This document shows positions 1 through 12,360 of a stretch of 64,000 nt of DNA, piece after piece. The first letter of the stretch is position 1. The number at the start of each line of letters is the position of its first letter. The notes below the pieces were generated by a model, which searched no databases, had not been told where the DNA came from, and saw nothing but the letters and a program-made list of their open reading frames with translations. The DNA comes from Lophium mytilinum (Eukaryota): contig MU004197.1 of NCBI GenBank assembly GCA_010093605.1, positions 434,001 through 498,000 of the forward strand, given 5' to 3'. The position numbers and the translations under genes are program-made.

Positions 1-190
1 ACGCATGGCCTCCCAGCCCCCTCAATACCTCCGCGCTGAAAACTCTTCCTCTCGCCCTCCCGTCCTCATGTCCTACAACCTCCTCCTCCTCAACAAACCT
101 TCGAACCCATCAACCTCATCACCGTAAATCGCGGGCGCTTTACGACCTGTACTCCCCCTCAATCCTCGAATCGCGATTCTATCCTCCATC

Positions 191-2017
191 ATGGCTCAGT
201 CTCCGGAGACTACGCCCCTCAAACCCATCGCGCGCCGCTTCCATGGCTGCTCCAAGATCGACGAGTACGATATCATGAGCAAGCTTGGCGAAGGCACCTT
301 TGGCGAAGTCCACAAGGCTCGACAAGTCCGCACCGGTGCCATTGTCGCCATGAAGAAGATTCTCATGCATAACGAGAAAGACGGCTTTCCGATCACCGCC
401 TTGCGAGAGATCAAGCTACTCAAGATGCTGTGTCACGACAACGTCCTGAAGCTGGAAGAGATGGCCGTTGAACGCAAGAAGGCAGCGGGCAGGCAGCGTG
501 CTATTCTCTACATGGTTACTCCGTATATGGATCACGACCTTTCTGGCTTGCTCGACAACCCCGAAGTCCACTTTACAGAGCCCCAGATCAAGTGCTACAT
601 GCTGCAGCTCTTCAAGGGTCTGCAGTACCTACATGACAACCATATTCTCCACCGAGACATGAAGGCTGCGAACCTGCTCATCAACAATAAGGGACGCCTC
701 CAGATTGCCGACTTTGGACTTGCTCGCCACTACGAAGAGCCTGTGCCACGCAAGGGAATGGGCAACGGAAGCGCGAAGCGGGATTACACCCAGCTAGTTG
801 TTACGAGATGGTACCGCCCACCGGAGCTTCTCCTATCACTCCGTCGATATACGCCGGCCATCGACATGTGGGGAGCTGGTTGTGTTTTTGGAGAAATGTT
901 CAAGCGCAAACCTATCCTGGCCGGTACGAGCGATCTCAATCAAGCACACATCATCTTCGACCTTGTGGGAGCTCCAAACGACGAATCCATGCCTGGATGG
1001 CGAGACCTGAACGGTTGCGAGGGTGTCAAGCAGTTCCCTCCAAATCCGAACCCCAAGCTCGCTCATGTCTTCCGGGAACTGGGACCCTATGCCATTTCCC
1101 TTCTCAAAGCCCTTCTGACACTCGATTGGCGCAAGCGAATCAATGCCATCGACGCCATCGACCATCCGTACTTCAAGATGGATCCGAAGCCGATGCGCGA
1201 GGAGGATATCCCCACATTCGCCGATTCACACGAACTTGACCGTCGCAACACTCGCGGACAGCGACCGCTCCCTCCAGCACCAGCTGGCGGCGCTGTGGGC
1301 ATGCCTGATTGGAACGGTAATGGCCCGCCACCGACCAACGGCCCCTGGATGAACGGCGACCGTCGCGGCGGTGGACCTCAGGACCGCGGACCCCCAGGCG
1401 TTGGACCACCCCCAGGAGGCTTCAATCGGGGAGGAGGACCTTATGACAACCGTCGGGGCGCGTACGACCAGCGAGGCCCTCCACCTCCACCACCACGTCA
1501 CCAGCACCAGCCATATCGACCGGACAATCGCAATCAGGGCCTTCCGTATGACGACGCTCCCCCTCGTCACGGCAACCTCCCTCCACCACCGGATGGCAGA
1601 CACCCACTCCCGCACCCTCCTCCTCATAACTACGCTGGACCTGGCAATCGTGGTCCACCTCGACATGGCGACAACGGCGACAGATACGTCCCGCGCTACG
1701 ACGGCTCGCGCGATGATCGAGACCGCCACGACCGCCGCTCTCGCGAGTCTGACGATGTGCGCTCTCGGGATGATCGACGTGGTTCTCGAGACTCAGGCAA
1801 TTCGAGGGATGCGCAGAGCATGGAGCGTGGCAGACCACCAAGCCGGGATGATAGGGGAGGGTACAGGCCACCGAGTCGTGACGATCGGGCGCAGGGAGGA
1901 TATAGACCACCGCGCGACTACGGACGAGACATCAAGAGAAGCAGGACCCGGAGTCCAGACAGAGAGCGCGAGAATCAGAGAGAACGCGAGAGGGTCAGGG
2001 ACGTCTACAGACGTTGA
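191..2017 (+). CDS. BUR1: Cyclin-dependent kinase Bur1/Sgv1 (CDK9 family), intronless, with Pro/Gly- and RD-rich low-complexity tail
   Basis: 608-aa [18 protein letters not shown] cyclin-binding helix, [24 protein letters not shown]. Confidence 0.95.
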   Translation: MAQSPETTPLKPIARRFHGCSKIDEYDIMSKLGEGTFGEVHKARQVRTGAIVAMKKILMHNEKDGFPITALREIKLLKMLCHDNVLKLEEMAVERKKAAGRQRAILYMVTPYMDHDLSGLLDNPEVHFTEPQIKCYMLQLFKGLQYLHDNHILHRDMKAANLLINNKGRLQIADFGLARHYEEPVPRKGMGNGSAKRDYTQLVVTRWYRPPELLLSLRRYTPAIDMWGAGCVFGEMFKRKPILAGTSDLNQAHIIFDLVGAPNDESMPGWRDLNGCEGVKQFPPNPNPKLAHVFRELGPYAISLLKALLTLDWRKRINAIDAIDHPYFKMDPKPMREEDIPTFADSHELDRRNTRGQRPLPPAPAGGAVGMPDWNGNGPPPTNGPWMNGDRRGGGPQDRGPPGVGPPPGGFNRGGGPYDNRRGAYDQRGPPPPPPRHQHQPYRPDNRNQGLPYDDAPPRHGNLPPPPDGRHPLPHPPPHNYAGPGNRGPPRHGDNGDRYVPRYDGSRDDRDRHDRRSRESDDVRSRDDRRGSRDSGNSRDAQSMERGRPPSRDDRGGYRPPSRDDRAQGGYRPPRDYGRDIKRSRTRSPDRERENQRERERVRDVYRR

Positions 2018-2327
2018 TTTGGGGATGAGCAAGGAGGAATGATCTGGATATCAGATGGGGTGTCTCTTTGGTGCTTGTTGGTCAGTATTTGGCTCGGTGT
2101 TTGACGGCTGGAATCCGCTAGGGATCATGATATGGCATGTAGCAAGGCGTCCTGGCATCACGGCGGCATATCAGGACTTCTTTTGTAGGCGATCTTAGGC
2201 CTAAGATTTGTGCTTTTGAACTCGAGAAAGGTTATCAAGTCATTAGTTAATAATTCTTAACATTGTGTCAGACTTTCTGGAAGTCATGTAAGATGAAAGC
2301 TTTTCTTTTCCCTCCGCTCCTTTGTCC

Positions 2328-2839
2328 TCAAGTGCCGTATCCAGCTTCCCCATGGAGCTTCCCACAATCCGTCTTGGTGCATATGCCACGCTTCCTATGA
2401 ATCTTGCACGCCTTGTAATGGCATCGAAGACGCGCTAACTTGCAAGGATCGCAGGGAAAAGCCCCATCGCAGCCTTTGCCGAGTTGGTGGCAGCTAACGC
2501 AGCATGGCTTCCGATTGGCATAGGGTTCGAAAGCCTTCTCAACGACTGGTTGGGATTTCGGTCTGTATACGAGATCCGTACGAAGGTTATAGGCGCGAAG
2601 ATTGTCATTCTCTTCCACCACACCATTGACATCCCCGATCATCGTTTCTCGGACGTTCTTGAGGACATCGTTCTCGATGCGCTAGAAGGGAACCTATATT
2701 AGCTTGAGGAAAGTGGAATGTGTGAGAGGAACCATCTAACCATCTTCTCCACCGCCTTGCGCAGTTCTGCGTTTTCAGCGACAGCATCTTCATACTTCTT
2801 GTTGAGAGCTTGGAATTCAGAGTGGGACAAGTTGGCCAT
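2328..2839 (-). CDS. Small orphan protein (~150 aa): coiled coil + Zn2Cys6 cluster + CCCH finger; one intron 2682-2740
   Basis: ATG at 2839 (MANLSHSEFQALNKKYEDAVAENAELRKAVEKM); GTTAGA...GCTAAT...TAG intron splices in frame to RIENDVLKNVRETMIG; C-x2-C-x6-C-x5-C-x2-C-x6-C then C-x8-C-x4-C-x3-H; homologous to ORFs at 58533 and 63315. Confidence 0.7.
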
Positions 2840-3133
2840 TGTGAATGGATGGACGAGGATACTCATGGTTGTGAAAAGCTGATGTGAAGAGGAGAAGATA
2901 AGGACAAGGTCTTGAGGCTAAGTAGTTGAGATAGGGCATGTGGCCTTCTGCCAAGACTGGACCTCAGACGTGCGTCATGAATCTGTATTCCCTTCTCGTG
3001 CGTTAGCTCTGGAAGCTTCACTTTCACCTCACTTACTCTCCATATTCCACAAGTAAGTCTCACCACCAACATTGTCTATCCATATACCCTAACACGCATC
3101 CATCGACGGAAGTCTAAATCCTCATTCCTAGAC

Positions 3134-3553
3134 ATGGGGAGAAAAAGCTCCAGCTTCAACCTCGCCGAAGCGCGCAAAGGCTTCGACGAACTCCTTCGCC
3201 TGAAGCCAAACATACCCTTCGAACTGTGCGACACCTGCCAAAGCGCCGACAGCGACGAACCGCCGCATCCTCCGTGGCTATGCCTCCATCAAGACCCAAA
3301 GCAGTTTGAGCTGTCCGCTCGTGCCTACAAGGCACTGGCGAGAAAGCAAATCTGTGCCGAGTGCTCGCAGCGTCGCCACGTTCACAACCCACATTCGAGC
3401 TGCGATTGCCCGTACAAGTCTGAAGAGAAGCGCCAGCAGTTGAGAGAGAACAGAGAGAAGAGACTCGCGGCGTTAGTCAAGAAGGAGCAGGCTATCGCGA
3501 AGAGGTTCGCGGAGCGGAAGGCGAAAAAGAGAAAGCCCAGACGTAAGTCCTAA
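3134..3553 (+). CDS. Orphan protein with two C-x2-C-x9-H-x4-C putative zinc knuckles and a basic C-terminal helix/NLS
   Basis: 139-aa ORF; CDTC-x9-H-x4-C and CAEC-x9-H-x4-C; KAKKRKPRRKS end. Confidence 0.55.
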   Translation: MGRKSSSFNLAEARKGFDELLRLKPNIPFELCDTCQSADSDEPPHPPWLCLHQDPKQFELSARAYKALARKQICAECSQRRHVHNPHSSCDCPYKSEEKRQQLRENREKRLAALVKKEQAIAKRFAERKAKKRKPRRKS

Positions 3554-3785
3554 TCCAAGCAGCACATGCGTTTGTGAAGTCCATATCCTAACTTCTCTGT
3601 CTCCAGGCGGAAAGAGGAAGGGTCCTCCTTTCGAGATCGAGCCCGCTCTGAGGGGGTTTCAAGCGGTCCTCCGAGTATACCCAGACCTAGTCTTCGAATC
3701 TTGCACTCTCTGCCAGCAGGATACTCACTCCTACTCCCCCCATCCCCCGTTGCTCTGCTCGCGCCAGACACCGGAGCAATTAAAG

Positions 3786-4109
3786 ATGTCGCAACAATGC
3801 TGGAATAGATTGATGGATACGCAGCCATGTGGTCGCTGCAGAGGCAGTTACCGGGTTCAAGTGGCACACCAGTCGGCCGATTGCCCGTTCATAAGCCCAG
3901 AGGAACGTGAGCGCATCAAGTCAGACCAGAGGGCACAAAAAAATCTGCGGTTGCCGGCGGTCAAGAGCGCCCAGGCTAATGGAGAGTCTCCTCGTCAGGA
4001 AAGGGCAAGACGACGAGCGAGGAATGGAGGCGTTGATCATTCGGGTACCTTGGCAACACAACAGCAACCTGCATCCACGCAGCAACCTTTGCCGGCATCT
4101 CCCTACTAA
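3786..4109 (+). CDS. Orphan protein with one C-x2-C-x9-H-x4-C knuckle, probable tandem paralog of 3134-3553
   Basis: ATG 3786; CGRC-x9-H-QSAD-CPFISPEERERI aligns with CAEC-x9-H-SSCD-CPYKSEEKRQQL. Confidence 0.5.
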   Translation: MSQQCWNRLMDTQPCGRCRGSYRVQVAHQSADCPFISPEERERIKSDQRAQKNLRLPAVKSAQANGESPRQERARRRARNGGVDHSGTLATQQQPASTQQPLPASPY

Positions 4110-5304
4110 CCAGGCGTTCAAACACGACCAGACCATGGGAGGCGCACATCAAAAGGTGCTTCCGGAGCTGCTCTTGCCGTTTGGCGCTCTCAACATCAGC
4201 GAGCCGATCGGCATGGAGATGGAGATGGAGTTGTAGATGATCGTGAAGGCGAGGCATACCTTTGGACGAGTTCAACAATTGACATTCTTTAAAGTGGCTC
4301 TTATCATGAGCTTCAACTGTGATGCTCTCAAAGCTAGCGATCCGACCGGCATGGAGATAGGGTTCTTGGCGACGGCAATTTCGGTGCGGAGGTGGGAATG
4401 AGATGCTTGTTGCATACAGTACTGAGGTATTGGATGTCATTGCGGGTAGGACACTGGTCTCTGCCTGCGACTTTGGGCTGCATCTTAGAGCTAGGTTCTA
4501 GTTCTGAATTAAGGAAATCGGATCACATATATCATTCCAGGGCACAGGTCTTTCCAAGCTAATGTGATAGGCATTTGTTTTTCGAAAGTGGAATGCTGCG
4601 AATGATTGGGAAAAAGATGTATATGACTTATCAAGCGCAGTGTTGCTCCCAAACTACTTCTTGATGGCCTCGTATACCCTTATGCCGATACTGGTCGCAA
4701 TGTCTCCATTCCGTTCCGCCTTTTACCTTTTCCCACTTTCCGCTGCTCAACATGCGGATATCGACTGAGCGCGGGGATATTCTCATTTTCCCATCAAGCT
4801 CTTGGACAAGAGAAATTAATTGATAATTCGCGTTGCTTACTCCAGCATAGTAAGCAAGCTCATGCTACGGAAGCTTCAGCCGTCTACCTCGTCGATTTAA
4901 TGTTGCTTGTTGCGAGTGGAGGGCATGGTGTTGTAATGTTGTTAGAATAAGATCAGTATTAGCGTCGGCCAAGGCGGGGGGTTATCTGCCCGACTTGGTG
5001 GATATATAGCCCGACATCATCCTCACATCCTTCCGAAAACTTTTAGGCCTCCGGTTTTCGTCCACGACGATCAAATATGCTGTCTGAAAAGGAAATTGCA
5101 CATCCATGGCGACAGAAACCTAGGGAATTAGTAAAGTATAAAGAGAAGGATTGATTTTGCTAGGGAGGGAGTACTTTTCATATATTCGCATTCGTCGCGA
5201 CTCTTTTCTCCTCCAGAAAAGCCATATGTTTCGAATTTTTTGCCAGTTCAATACAAACAATTTCTTCGAAATACACACCCTCATCTGCGTCTCTAAGTCT
5301 CATA

Positions 5305-6188
5305 ATGACCACTACCAAACCGACCCTAGCCTTTTTCGGCGCAACAGGCGGCTGTGCAGGCGCAGCTCTATCTGCAGCCTTGCGAGACAACTATGCCGCA
5401 ACAGCGCGTACGCAACCTCACCTACAGAGCGCTCCAAACTACCTAACACATATCCCTTAGTCGCACGCACCCCCGACAAACTCCGCACATTCCTGACCAC
5501 CGCCCACTCCATCCCCGCACCAACCCTCGACACCCTCCTCACAATCCACGCCGGCAACGTCCTGAAAGAAGTAGACGTCAAAAGAGCCCTCATTTCCCCA
5601 ACCTCCCCATCCCACCTCGTCGACACCATCATCTCCGGCATAGGGGGCGGGGGAGCCCACTTCCAAGCATCGCTGCGGAAGCCCGTCGGCATCGACAACC
5701 CCCACATCTGCGAGACAGGCGTAACGACGATTCTGGCGGCACTCGCTAGCCTCGCAAACGAAGGGATTAGCACTACTGCTAGCGGTTCGAAGCCGCTGCT
5801 GGTGGCGATTAGTACGCCTGGGGGCTGTCAGTCGGGCCAGAGGGATCTGCCGATTTTGTATTGGCCGGTGTTTTATTGGCTGCTGGCGGAGCCGTATACG
5901 GATAAGAAAGCGATGGAGAGGGTGATCTATAGCGCTGCTAAGAAAGGTAATAGCATCGGTGATTTCGTGATTATACGGCCGACGATTTTGATGGACGGGC
6001 CGGCTAGGGGATTAGGGAAGGTTAGGGCGGGGTGGGTGTGGGGGATTCGGGGTGTTGAGGGGAGGGAGAAGGAGTTGGGTCCTACGATGGGCTGGGCTGT
6101 GGGAAAGACAGATGTTGGGGAGTGGATATTTGCGGAGGTTGTTACAAAAGGGGGCTGGGGCGGGAAGTGTGTTACTTTGAATTGGTAA
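5305..6188 (+). CDS. NAD(P)-binding Rossmann-fold reductase (AvfA/flavin-reductase-like); intron 5408-5460
   Basis: MTTTKPTLAFFGATGGCAG; GTACGC...CTAAC...TAG intron joins to ALARTPDKL; DKKAME and FVIIRP motifs. Confidence 0.8.
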
Positions 6189-6366
6189 GGCTTTAGACTA
6201 CTCGTGGCGGGTGTTGGGGTTTTGGCTTAATAGGTAGGTAGAGGTTTAGATTCCCAGAATAGGTGATCTAGTTGCTGAAATAGATTGACAGTAGATGAAG
6301 CGGCCTTGGAGACATAGACGCAAATCTCTTAGCACGCATCTACAATAAGTAACTCGCAAAAACATC

Positions 6367-7800
6367 CTACTCCTCAATCCCCAACCCCTTCAAAAGCTCC
6401 CCCTTTACCTGCTCCAGCACCTCGGCCACAAACCCCTTCTCATAAAAACTCTCATTAAAACTCCCCATCAACCTCAACCGCCCCCTCCACGTCCATAAAT
6501 GCACCCCGATCTCCCGCGTCAACATCTCCGTCGCCAACCACCACTCCTCAACCTCCACCTTCTCCCCCCCGCCCTCTACCCCATACTCCTCCCGCACATA
6601 CTCCTCTACCCGCCCCAAACTACTAAACCCCGGCGTCTGCATCAACGGCCACCCCTCCAGCGGCTTCATCGCAAACATCCCCACCAACCCGGGCACATAC
6701 GCCCCCATGATATCAAAATACCGCACCGCCTGCCCGTCCGCCGTCGGCAGTTTCTCCATATCAATCGTATTCCCAGCATGCAGCTCCTGCGCTACCTCCG
6801 CCCACCCCTTGCGCTCCGGCCCCGCCGCCCCATCTACCCGCACCGGGAAGCCCGTCATGAACACCCCAACCGCGTACGCGTCGGTGCTGTAGGGGGTTGG
6901 AAGCGCTTTCCGCAGGTTTTTGGGCACGAAGCTCGCGAAGGAGGTGCTGGAGGCTGCGTGCTGGGGGTAGGTGCCCGTGACGCGGACGAGGCTGGCGTGC
7001 ACGGCGGTGGTGACGCTGATGCCGCGGGCTTTGCAGGCTGCGATGACGGCGGTGGTGGTGGCGGGGGTGAGGGTGAGAGGGGTGTTGAACGTGTTCGCTG
7101 GGAGAGCTTGTTCGGAATTTGGCAGCGTAGGCAGGCCGATGCTGGGGAGGCCGCCGACGAAATGGCTTATGAGTTCTTGGGCGGCCGTTTGAAGGTGTAC
7201 GGGGAGGGGGTGCAATGTTGCGGCGGGGCCGATTATAGCGTCGAGGCCGGGATTGAGGCAGGGTTGGAGCGTAGGGGCGTAGGCGTCTAGGTCTGCGGTA
7301 GGGCCGAGGGCGAGGACGGAGGAGAGGAGGGTTAGAAAGTAGTGGGTTAGCATTTGGGTTCCTATGCCGTCCATGCGCCAGTGGGCGATGTGGAAGAGAA
7401 CTTCGCGTGTGTCAGGGAAATAGTGGCATGTGACTGTAGGTGTGACGCCGAGAGTAGGGAAAATTTCGGTAGCACTGGTGTTTGAGTGCGTGAAAAACGA
7501 GGTTGAGATCCATTCATCTGGATCTAAGGGAGGAATGCTGAGAATCGGGGTAGAAGAGTCGTCTGGTTTGAGGAGTTTGCCGCCAAGACTGGGATGCAGA
7601 CGGCGAAGGAGTAGCCATGCGCGCTGTAGACAGAGTACATGATCGGGAACGGAGGCCGGCAAGCGTAGCTGTAGTACCGCGGCGATGGCCCAGTGCTGGA
7701 GTTTTGGAGGTAAGCCGCTGGGCGTAAGAGATTCGAAGAATATCTCTGCGTTGTCAAGAGGCCGGGTGCGGGAGTTGTCCGAGGCGATACTCCACGACAT
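6367..7800 (-). CDS. CoA-dependent acyltransferase, Tri3 (15-O-acetyltransferase)-like
   Basis: 477-aa intronless ORF; HWRMDG (HxxxDG) catalytic motif; ACKARGISVTTAVHA; SSLG; C-terminal WTWRGRL...FNESFY. Confidence 0.8.
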   Translation of the reverse strand: MSWSIASDNSRTRPLDNAEIFFESLTPSGLPPKLQHWAIAAVLQLRLPASVPDHVLCLQRAWLLLRRLHPSLGGKLLKPDDSSTPILSIPPLDPDEWISTSFFTHSNTSATEIFPTLGVTPTVTCHYFPDTREVLFHIAHWRMDGIGTQMLTHYFLTLLSSVLALGPTADLDAYAPTLQPCLNPGLDAIIGPAATLHPLPVHLQTAAQELISHFVGGLPSIGLPTLPNSEQALPANTFNTPLTLTPATTTAVIAACKARGISVTTAVHASLVRVTGTYPQHAASSTSFASFVPKNLRKALPTPYSTDAYAVGVFMTGFPVRVDGAAGPERKGWAEVAQELHAGNTIDMEKLPTADGQAVRYFDIMGAYVPGLVGMFAMKPLEGWPLMQTPGFSSLGRVEEYVREEYGVEGGGEKVEVEEWWLATEMLTREIGVHLWTWRGRLRLMGSFNESFYEKGFVAEVLEQVKGELLKGLGIEE

Positions 7801-10800
7801 CGTGACAATAGTTGGGATGAAGAAAGCGGTACTTAGATGTTTAGCGTCGTAAACTGGAGCGTCTATGCAAGAGTATATATACCTGCGTATGCCGCGTTAC
7901 AACTAGGTTTTTTACTCGATAAGGATTCTATTACTTGTCGAGCGGTGGATTGATTCAGCCACAAGCTGACACTTGCTAACTATGACAAGGCCGATCGAGG
8001 CCTTATACGACCGATACGTCCCCTACCTGACCAGCGGTCAAAGGATGAGCATTAGGGCGGAGTGGATCGTGAAAATTCAGGATTAGTTAGACGAATTGAG
8101 TAGATCTGCCGCCCAGGCTGCAAAATTAGTACAGATTCATTCCTTTTGGGATAAGGAAGGTGGGAATGACAAGGAAGAGACGAAATGAGAATCAAATACG
8201 CCAGGACTGATCGAGTGAATCGTTAATAGTGAGTTCTTTTCGATTCGCCCATTAATCGGATTGAGGATGGGGACGGTTACTGACCTCTTGCGCTATATGC
8301 TGGGACTTCTTGACTTGGTACCGCCGAGGAAATCCTACAAGGATTCAGGATTTCCGGACGTTATAGCCCCGCTAAAGGGTTAGAAGGGGGGCCTGGGAGG
8401 CCTGGGTGGAATGCTCACCTATAGTAGCTCGCTTACCAGACCTAATGGTAGCCAATGCACGGGTCGACGCTAACCCCAAGGAGTTTCATTCCGCGCCACC
8501 AGAGCTTCAGCCCTGTTACTTAGGCCCTCTGCCCCACCTCTTTATCTGTACTTTTGGCCATTTTCTTCCATTCCTCACAAGCCTTCAGTGTCTCTTCGCA
8601 CGCGGCTCTATCGTATACTATTCCAGATTAGGTGTGATTCTGCGCGTCTGTAGCTTCATCCATTCACAACATTGGGCGTTGCGTAAGGAGCTGGGACAGA
8701 GATATAAGACCGGCGTTTACGTTGGGATAATCTGTGGACCAAGCAGATGAGGTGACAGCCCCGAAAAACCAATCATCCGCTCTCTAGATTCGTTCCCGTG
8801 ACAAGCGCAGAGAGTCTTCCGTTCAAGGAGATAGTTCCATAGAGGCTACTGAGCAACAGCCTAGTGCACAACAGCAATGGTTCAAAGCACTTGCTGCCCT
8901 GCCCTATGTTCGCTTGGACGGGAGAGTGAACAAAGAGTATGCTGGAGTGGCATGGAGGTCAAAATAGTCCCCCGCCTGGCGAAAGTGCTATGAATGAGCG
9001 GTGATGGATCTCTTCAACTCGACCCCATGATATCAAATCTTTAGATTCGGAGGAGAAAATATCTATACCTAGTTTCCATACACGTCAGCACAATCTGAAG
9101 TCGTAGTAGACCACCATCAAGCCTTGATGATGGCGCCCAAAACTCCCAACTCCATCGCCCACACGTCTTGATTGTTTGATCCAACCAACAACAAGCCCTC
9201 CACCATGGGCATCATGTGCGATTTATTTGGAAGTCAAGAGCGGAGGACAATCTCTCTGCCCTTCAAGTCTCCACAGGCCAGAGCTTTTATACCTGGCCAG
9301 CCGGCGACAGATCTTGAATCACATGATAAGCTGATGACCTAACCAGCGACCGCGGAGTTATGACAGCTCGCAAGACGCCCTGTGAGGAACCACGTGAGTA
9401 TCAGCTGGGACCGGGCCGAGTTAATGTCCGCTGGGGTATAAAACCTTCTCTTCCTCGGCTCTTAGAATGAGCCAGTAGGATTCAGGGTGGCTGGGTTGCA
9501 AAAAGGTCCGAACAACGAACATATGGGCGCTTGGTGTCTTCAACCCGCACCTTAAAATGATGCATGCTTGTGTAATCAGATGCCGAGCAGTTCCTCATGG
9601 AGTGCCGGTCTTTCGTTTTCTTGAGGTCTGTGGGCACCTCTGGTCCTATTGATGATCCTCGTGATACAAGGATGCTGGGTTCGATCTTTGAAAAGATGAA
9701 TGGGATTCATCTGCACTTGAACTCCATCCTCATCTGCTTGAGAAGAAGTATGCCCTGACTCCACAGACTAGAGCTGGTCGCCATTATCACCAATTGATGC
9801 AGGCTTCGACTGTCCCAACTTCCGATTTGAGGTTGTCTGGACGTTTCTGACACCACACCAACCACATTCCCCTCAGTCCAGATCTCGAGAAGGCGAACCA
9901 TGGGCTGTATCACGATACTGTTCTCAACAGCCCAGCCTCCACACACCCCAGCCATGATACTAGATGGATAGGTATTTGACTCCCATGCCCACCGCGTAAT
10001 ATCTGGGTTTTTCTCTCGCCGTCGACATTGACCCGCCGGCCATGCCACCAATGAGGCATTACCTAGGAACCAGAAGAGAACGAACATCTTATAGGCGAGG
10101 ATAGCGGAGTCGCACGTGAGGGACGTGATGGGATCCGTCAGGTGACTGCGTCACAGACGACGCCAGAGATTTGGGGGGAAAAAACTGTGTACCAGTGCCA
10201 TCGTTTTGAGAGATGAAACCGGTCCATTGAGCTGGATGAGCTAAGTTTCTGGGATTAGGAAAGGTGTCAGGTCGTGTTTGATCTTGAACCCATGGAGCGC
10301 TCTCTTTCAAGTCGATATGGCCCTGGGAAGAATAGAGTAGTAATTTTCTGTGGCCGTGATTTCTGTATGGTGTGAAGTCTAGACATGGGAATACAGGGTA
10401 TTATTTCAATTGAGGGCTTGCCATTTAGAGGCAGCGCCCCTCGAAGCCTCATTTATAACAAACTTTGAATCCCTTTCAACGTAAAAGGATGTAATGGAGA
10501 GAGAACGAAAGGGAAGAGGGATAACGACTAATAACATAGGAAAGTCTTTTGAAGTCATTTACTTGCCTACATTGATATGGAAGGTAAACGCACTCATGCG
10601 AGGTCTCACTAATCCGGGCTCCCACCCTAGACATTAAGGAATTTAATTGTCGAACGCTCCCTAGCTGTAGCAAACGATGCAGCTATAGCATACAGATGAA
10701 AATGAAGATTTGGTATACCATCCAGTTGACCGCCCGAACCAAACACCACATGTCCTTAACACCAATGCCCATTGAAACGCCAGATTCGATCGAGGACCTC

Positions 10801-10945
10801 TGCCTCTTGAAAAGACGCGACTTGAGTGTACATGCTCGCGCCTCTGGGGTTTTGTGGCTGACAATTGAAAGATGCCACGATGACACTTGAACCCCCATTC
10901 TCTTTGCGATGAAATAAGCACTGCACAGAAGACGCATCCTCATTC

Positions 10946-11579
10946 TCATCCCAGCCCTCCCCATGCACCTCTTATTCTCCGCGCCAATTGGATGTCTTTC
11001 TGCATGATCGTCACCCTTTTCGCGTGTATGGCACAGAGATTTGTGTCTTCGAAAAGATGTACGAGGAAGGCTTCGGCGGCTTCTTGCAAGGCCTGAATGG
11101 CTTGTGACTGCCATCGGTACTCTTGGTCCGGCGGTAGCAAGTCCAGCGCGATTTCGCGAACCTAACATACACGTTAGCATACTCCATCGACTACAAAGCG
11201 ACGAACAAAGAACAATTGTGTTATCGAAGGACTCGCAATGTCGACTCACCAGCCTCGAGAACGGTAATTTGAGTAGCAGCAGATCTGTACTCTTCTGGTA
11301 TCTCCGGATCTCTCGTAGGGCGAGCGTGCCGGGCTTATATCGCCGCTTCTTGGGGTAGGGTATCGGGTCCCCAGCTGTACGAACTCGTTAGCCGATATCC
11401 TCAACCTCATATTCTATGCCAGAATTGCACTGTATCAACATACGTTGTATATCCCCTCTCCTCTTTCCTACTGCTGACCCTCCGCCCCGCGCACCGCCTC
11501 TTGTCGAGCCACCTCTCCTTGCCATCATCCCCAGCCCCCCGCCGCGCGTCGGTCGTCCAGTCTGTAGTTTTGGTGGCAT
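10946..11579 (-). CDS. CSE4: Centromeric histone H3 variant CENP-A/Cse4; introns 11375-11443 and 11162-11249
   Basis: Spliced product [10 protein letters not shown]...[39 protein letters not shown]...[56 protein letters not shown]; divergent N-tail and RWQS are CenH3 traits. Confidence 0.92.
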
Positions 11580-12360
11580 TGATGTGGTATCGTAGCAGTA
11601 TGGTATTGAACGGCACGCCGCAACAACTTTCTCTTCGTGTATTGAAGACGCCTCGCGTTTCGTGGGTGGATCGAACTGCAATCGTGAGAACAGTCGCGAA
11701 AACGATTTGGTGAATGCGGTGGCTGGGACGCGCTTCGCTATGCGCCGGATGCGGTGCCGAGGCCGGGAGCTCGAATTAGACTGCGTGCGTTGAACAGGAG
11801 ATTGCTCTGAGCGCTGGGCAGTGTTTGCAGACGTGCGATCGATATTATGGATAGGTTGGTTGTGGCAGTCGGTGGATGTGGTGATAAAGACGCGGCGGGA
11901 TGTTGATTCTTTCGCGACGAGGGGCTGGGAATGGACAGGGCTGTTGGATCGCCTTAGTCATCCGCCAAGCCAAGACCAAATGCCAGGAACAGCTTGAAAG
12001 ATACTCCATAATGAATGAGCTGTCTATAAGATAGTATAGAGAGATATATACTTGATAGATGTTCCTCATGAAGGCCTTGCAATGCCCATATATATAAGTA
12101 TTAATATAGTAGCTGATTGCTGGCAACCCACAATCCATGGCCTGTGCGGGAGCACGGTGGAAGCGTCTACGTAGCCGTTCGGGAATGTCTCTATTTGTTT
12201 CACTCCACCACAGCCCGCCTCTTCTTCCTGCGACCTTTGAAACAACAAGGTGTCCTCTCGCTATTGCTTTCGTCCCAGGTCTCGTTCACTGGTATTTCTA
12301 CACTACGCCTTTGTCTCCCAACTCCCGCATCGCTCCGTACATACTTCCACTCAGTCCACC

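Noticed and set aside
1226..2042. Long alternative-frame and antisense ORFs over the BUR1 tail (and similar shadows over other GC-rich CDSs)
   Set aside because: Explained by codon bias and low complexity of the real genes; no motifs
8760..10090. Fragmentary minus-strand ORFs suggestive of a decayed gene
   Set aside because: No recognisable motif or consistent frame; cannot support a call
10946..11579. Functional link between the CENP-A gene and the nucleosome-length satellite
   Set aside because: 45 kb apart; gene location implies nothing about centromere position, and the array is short and not AT-rich
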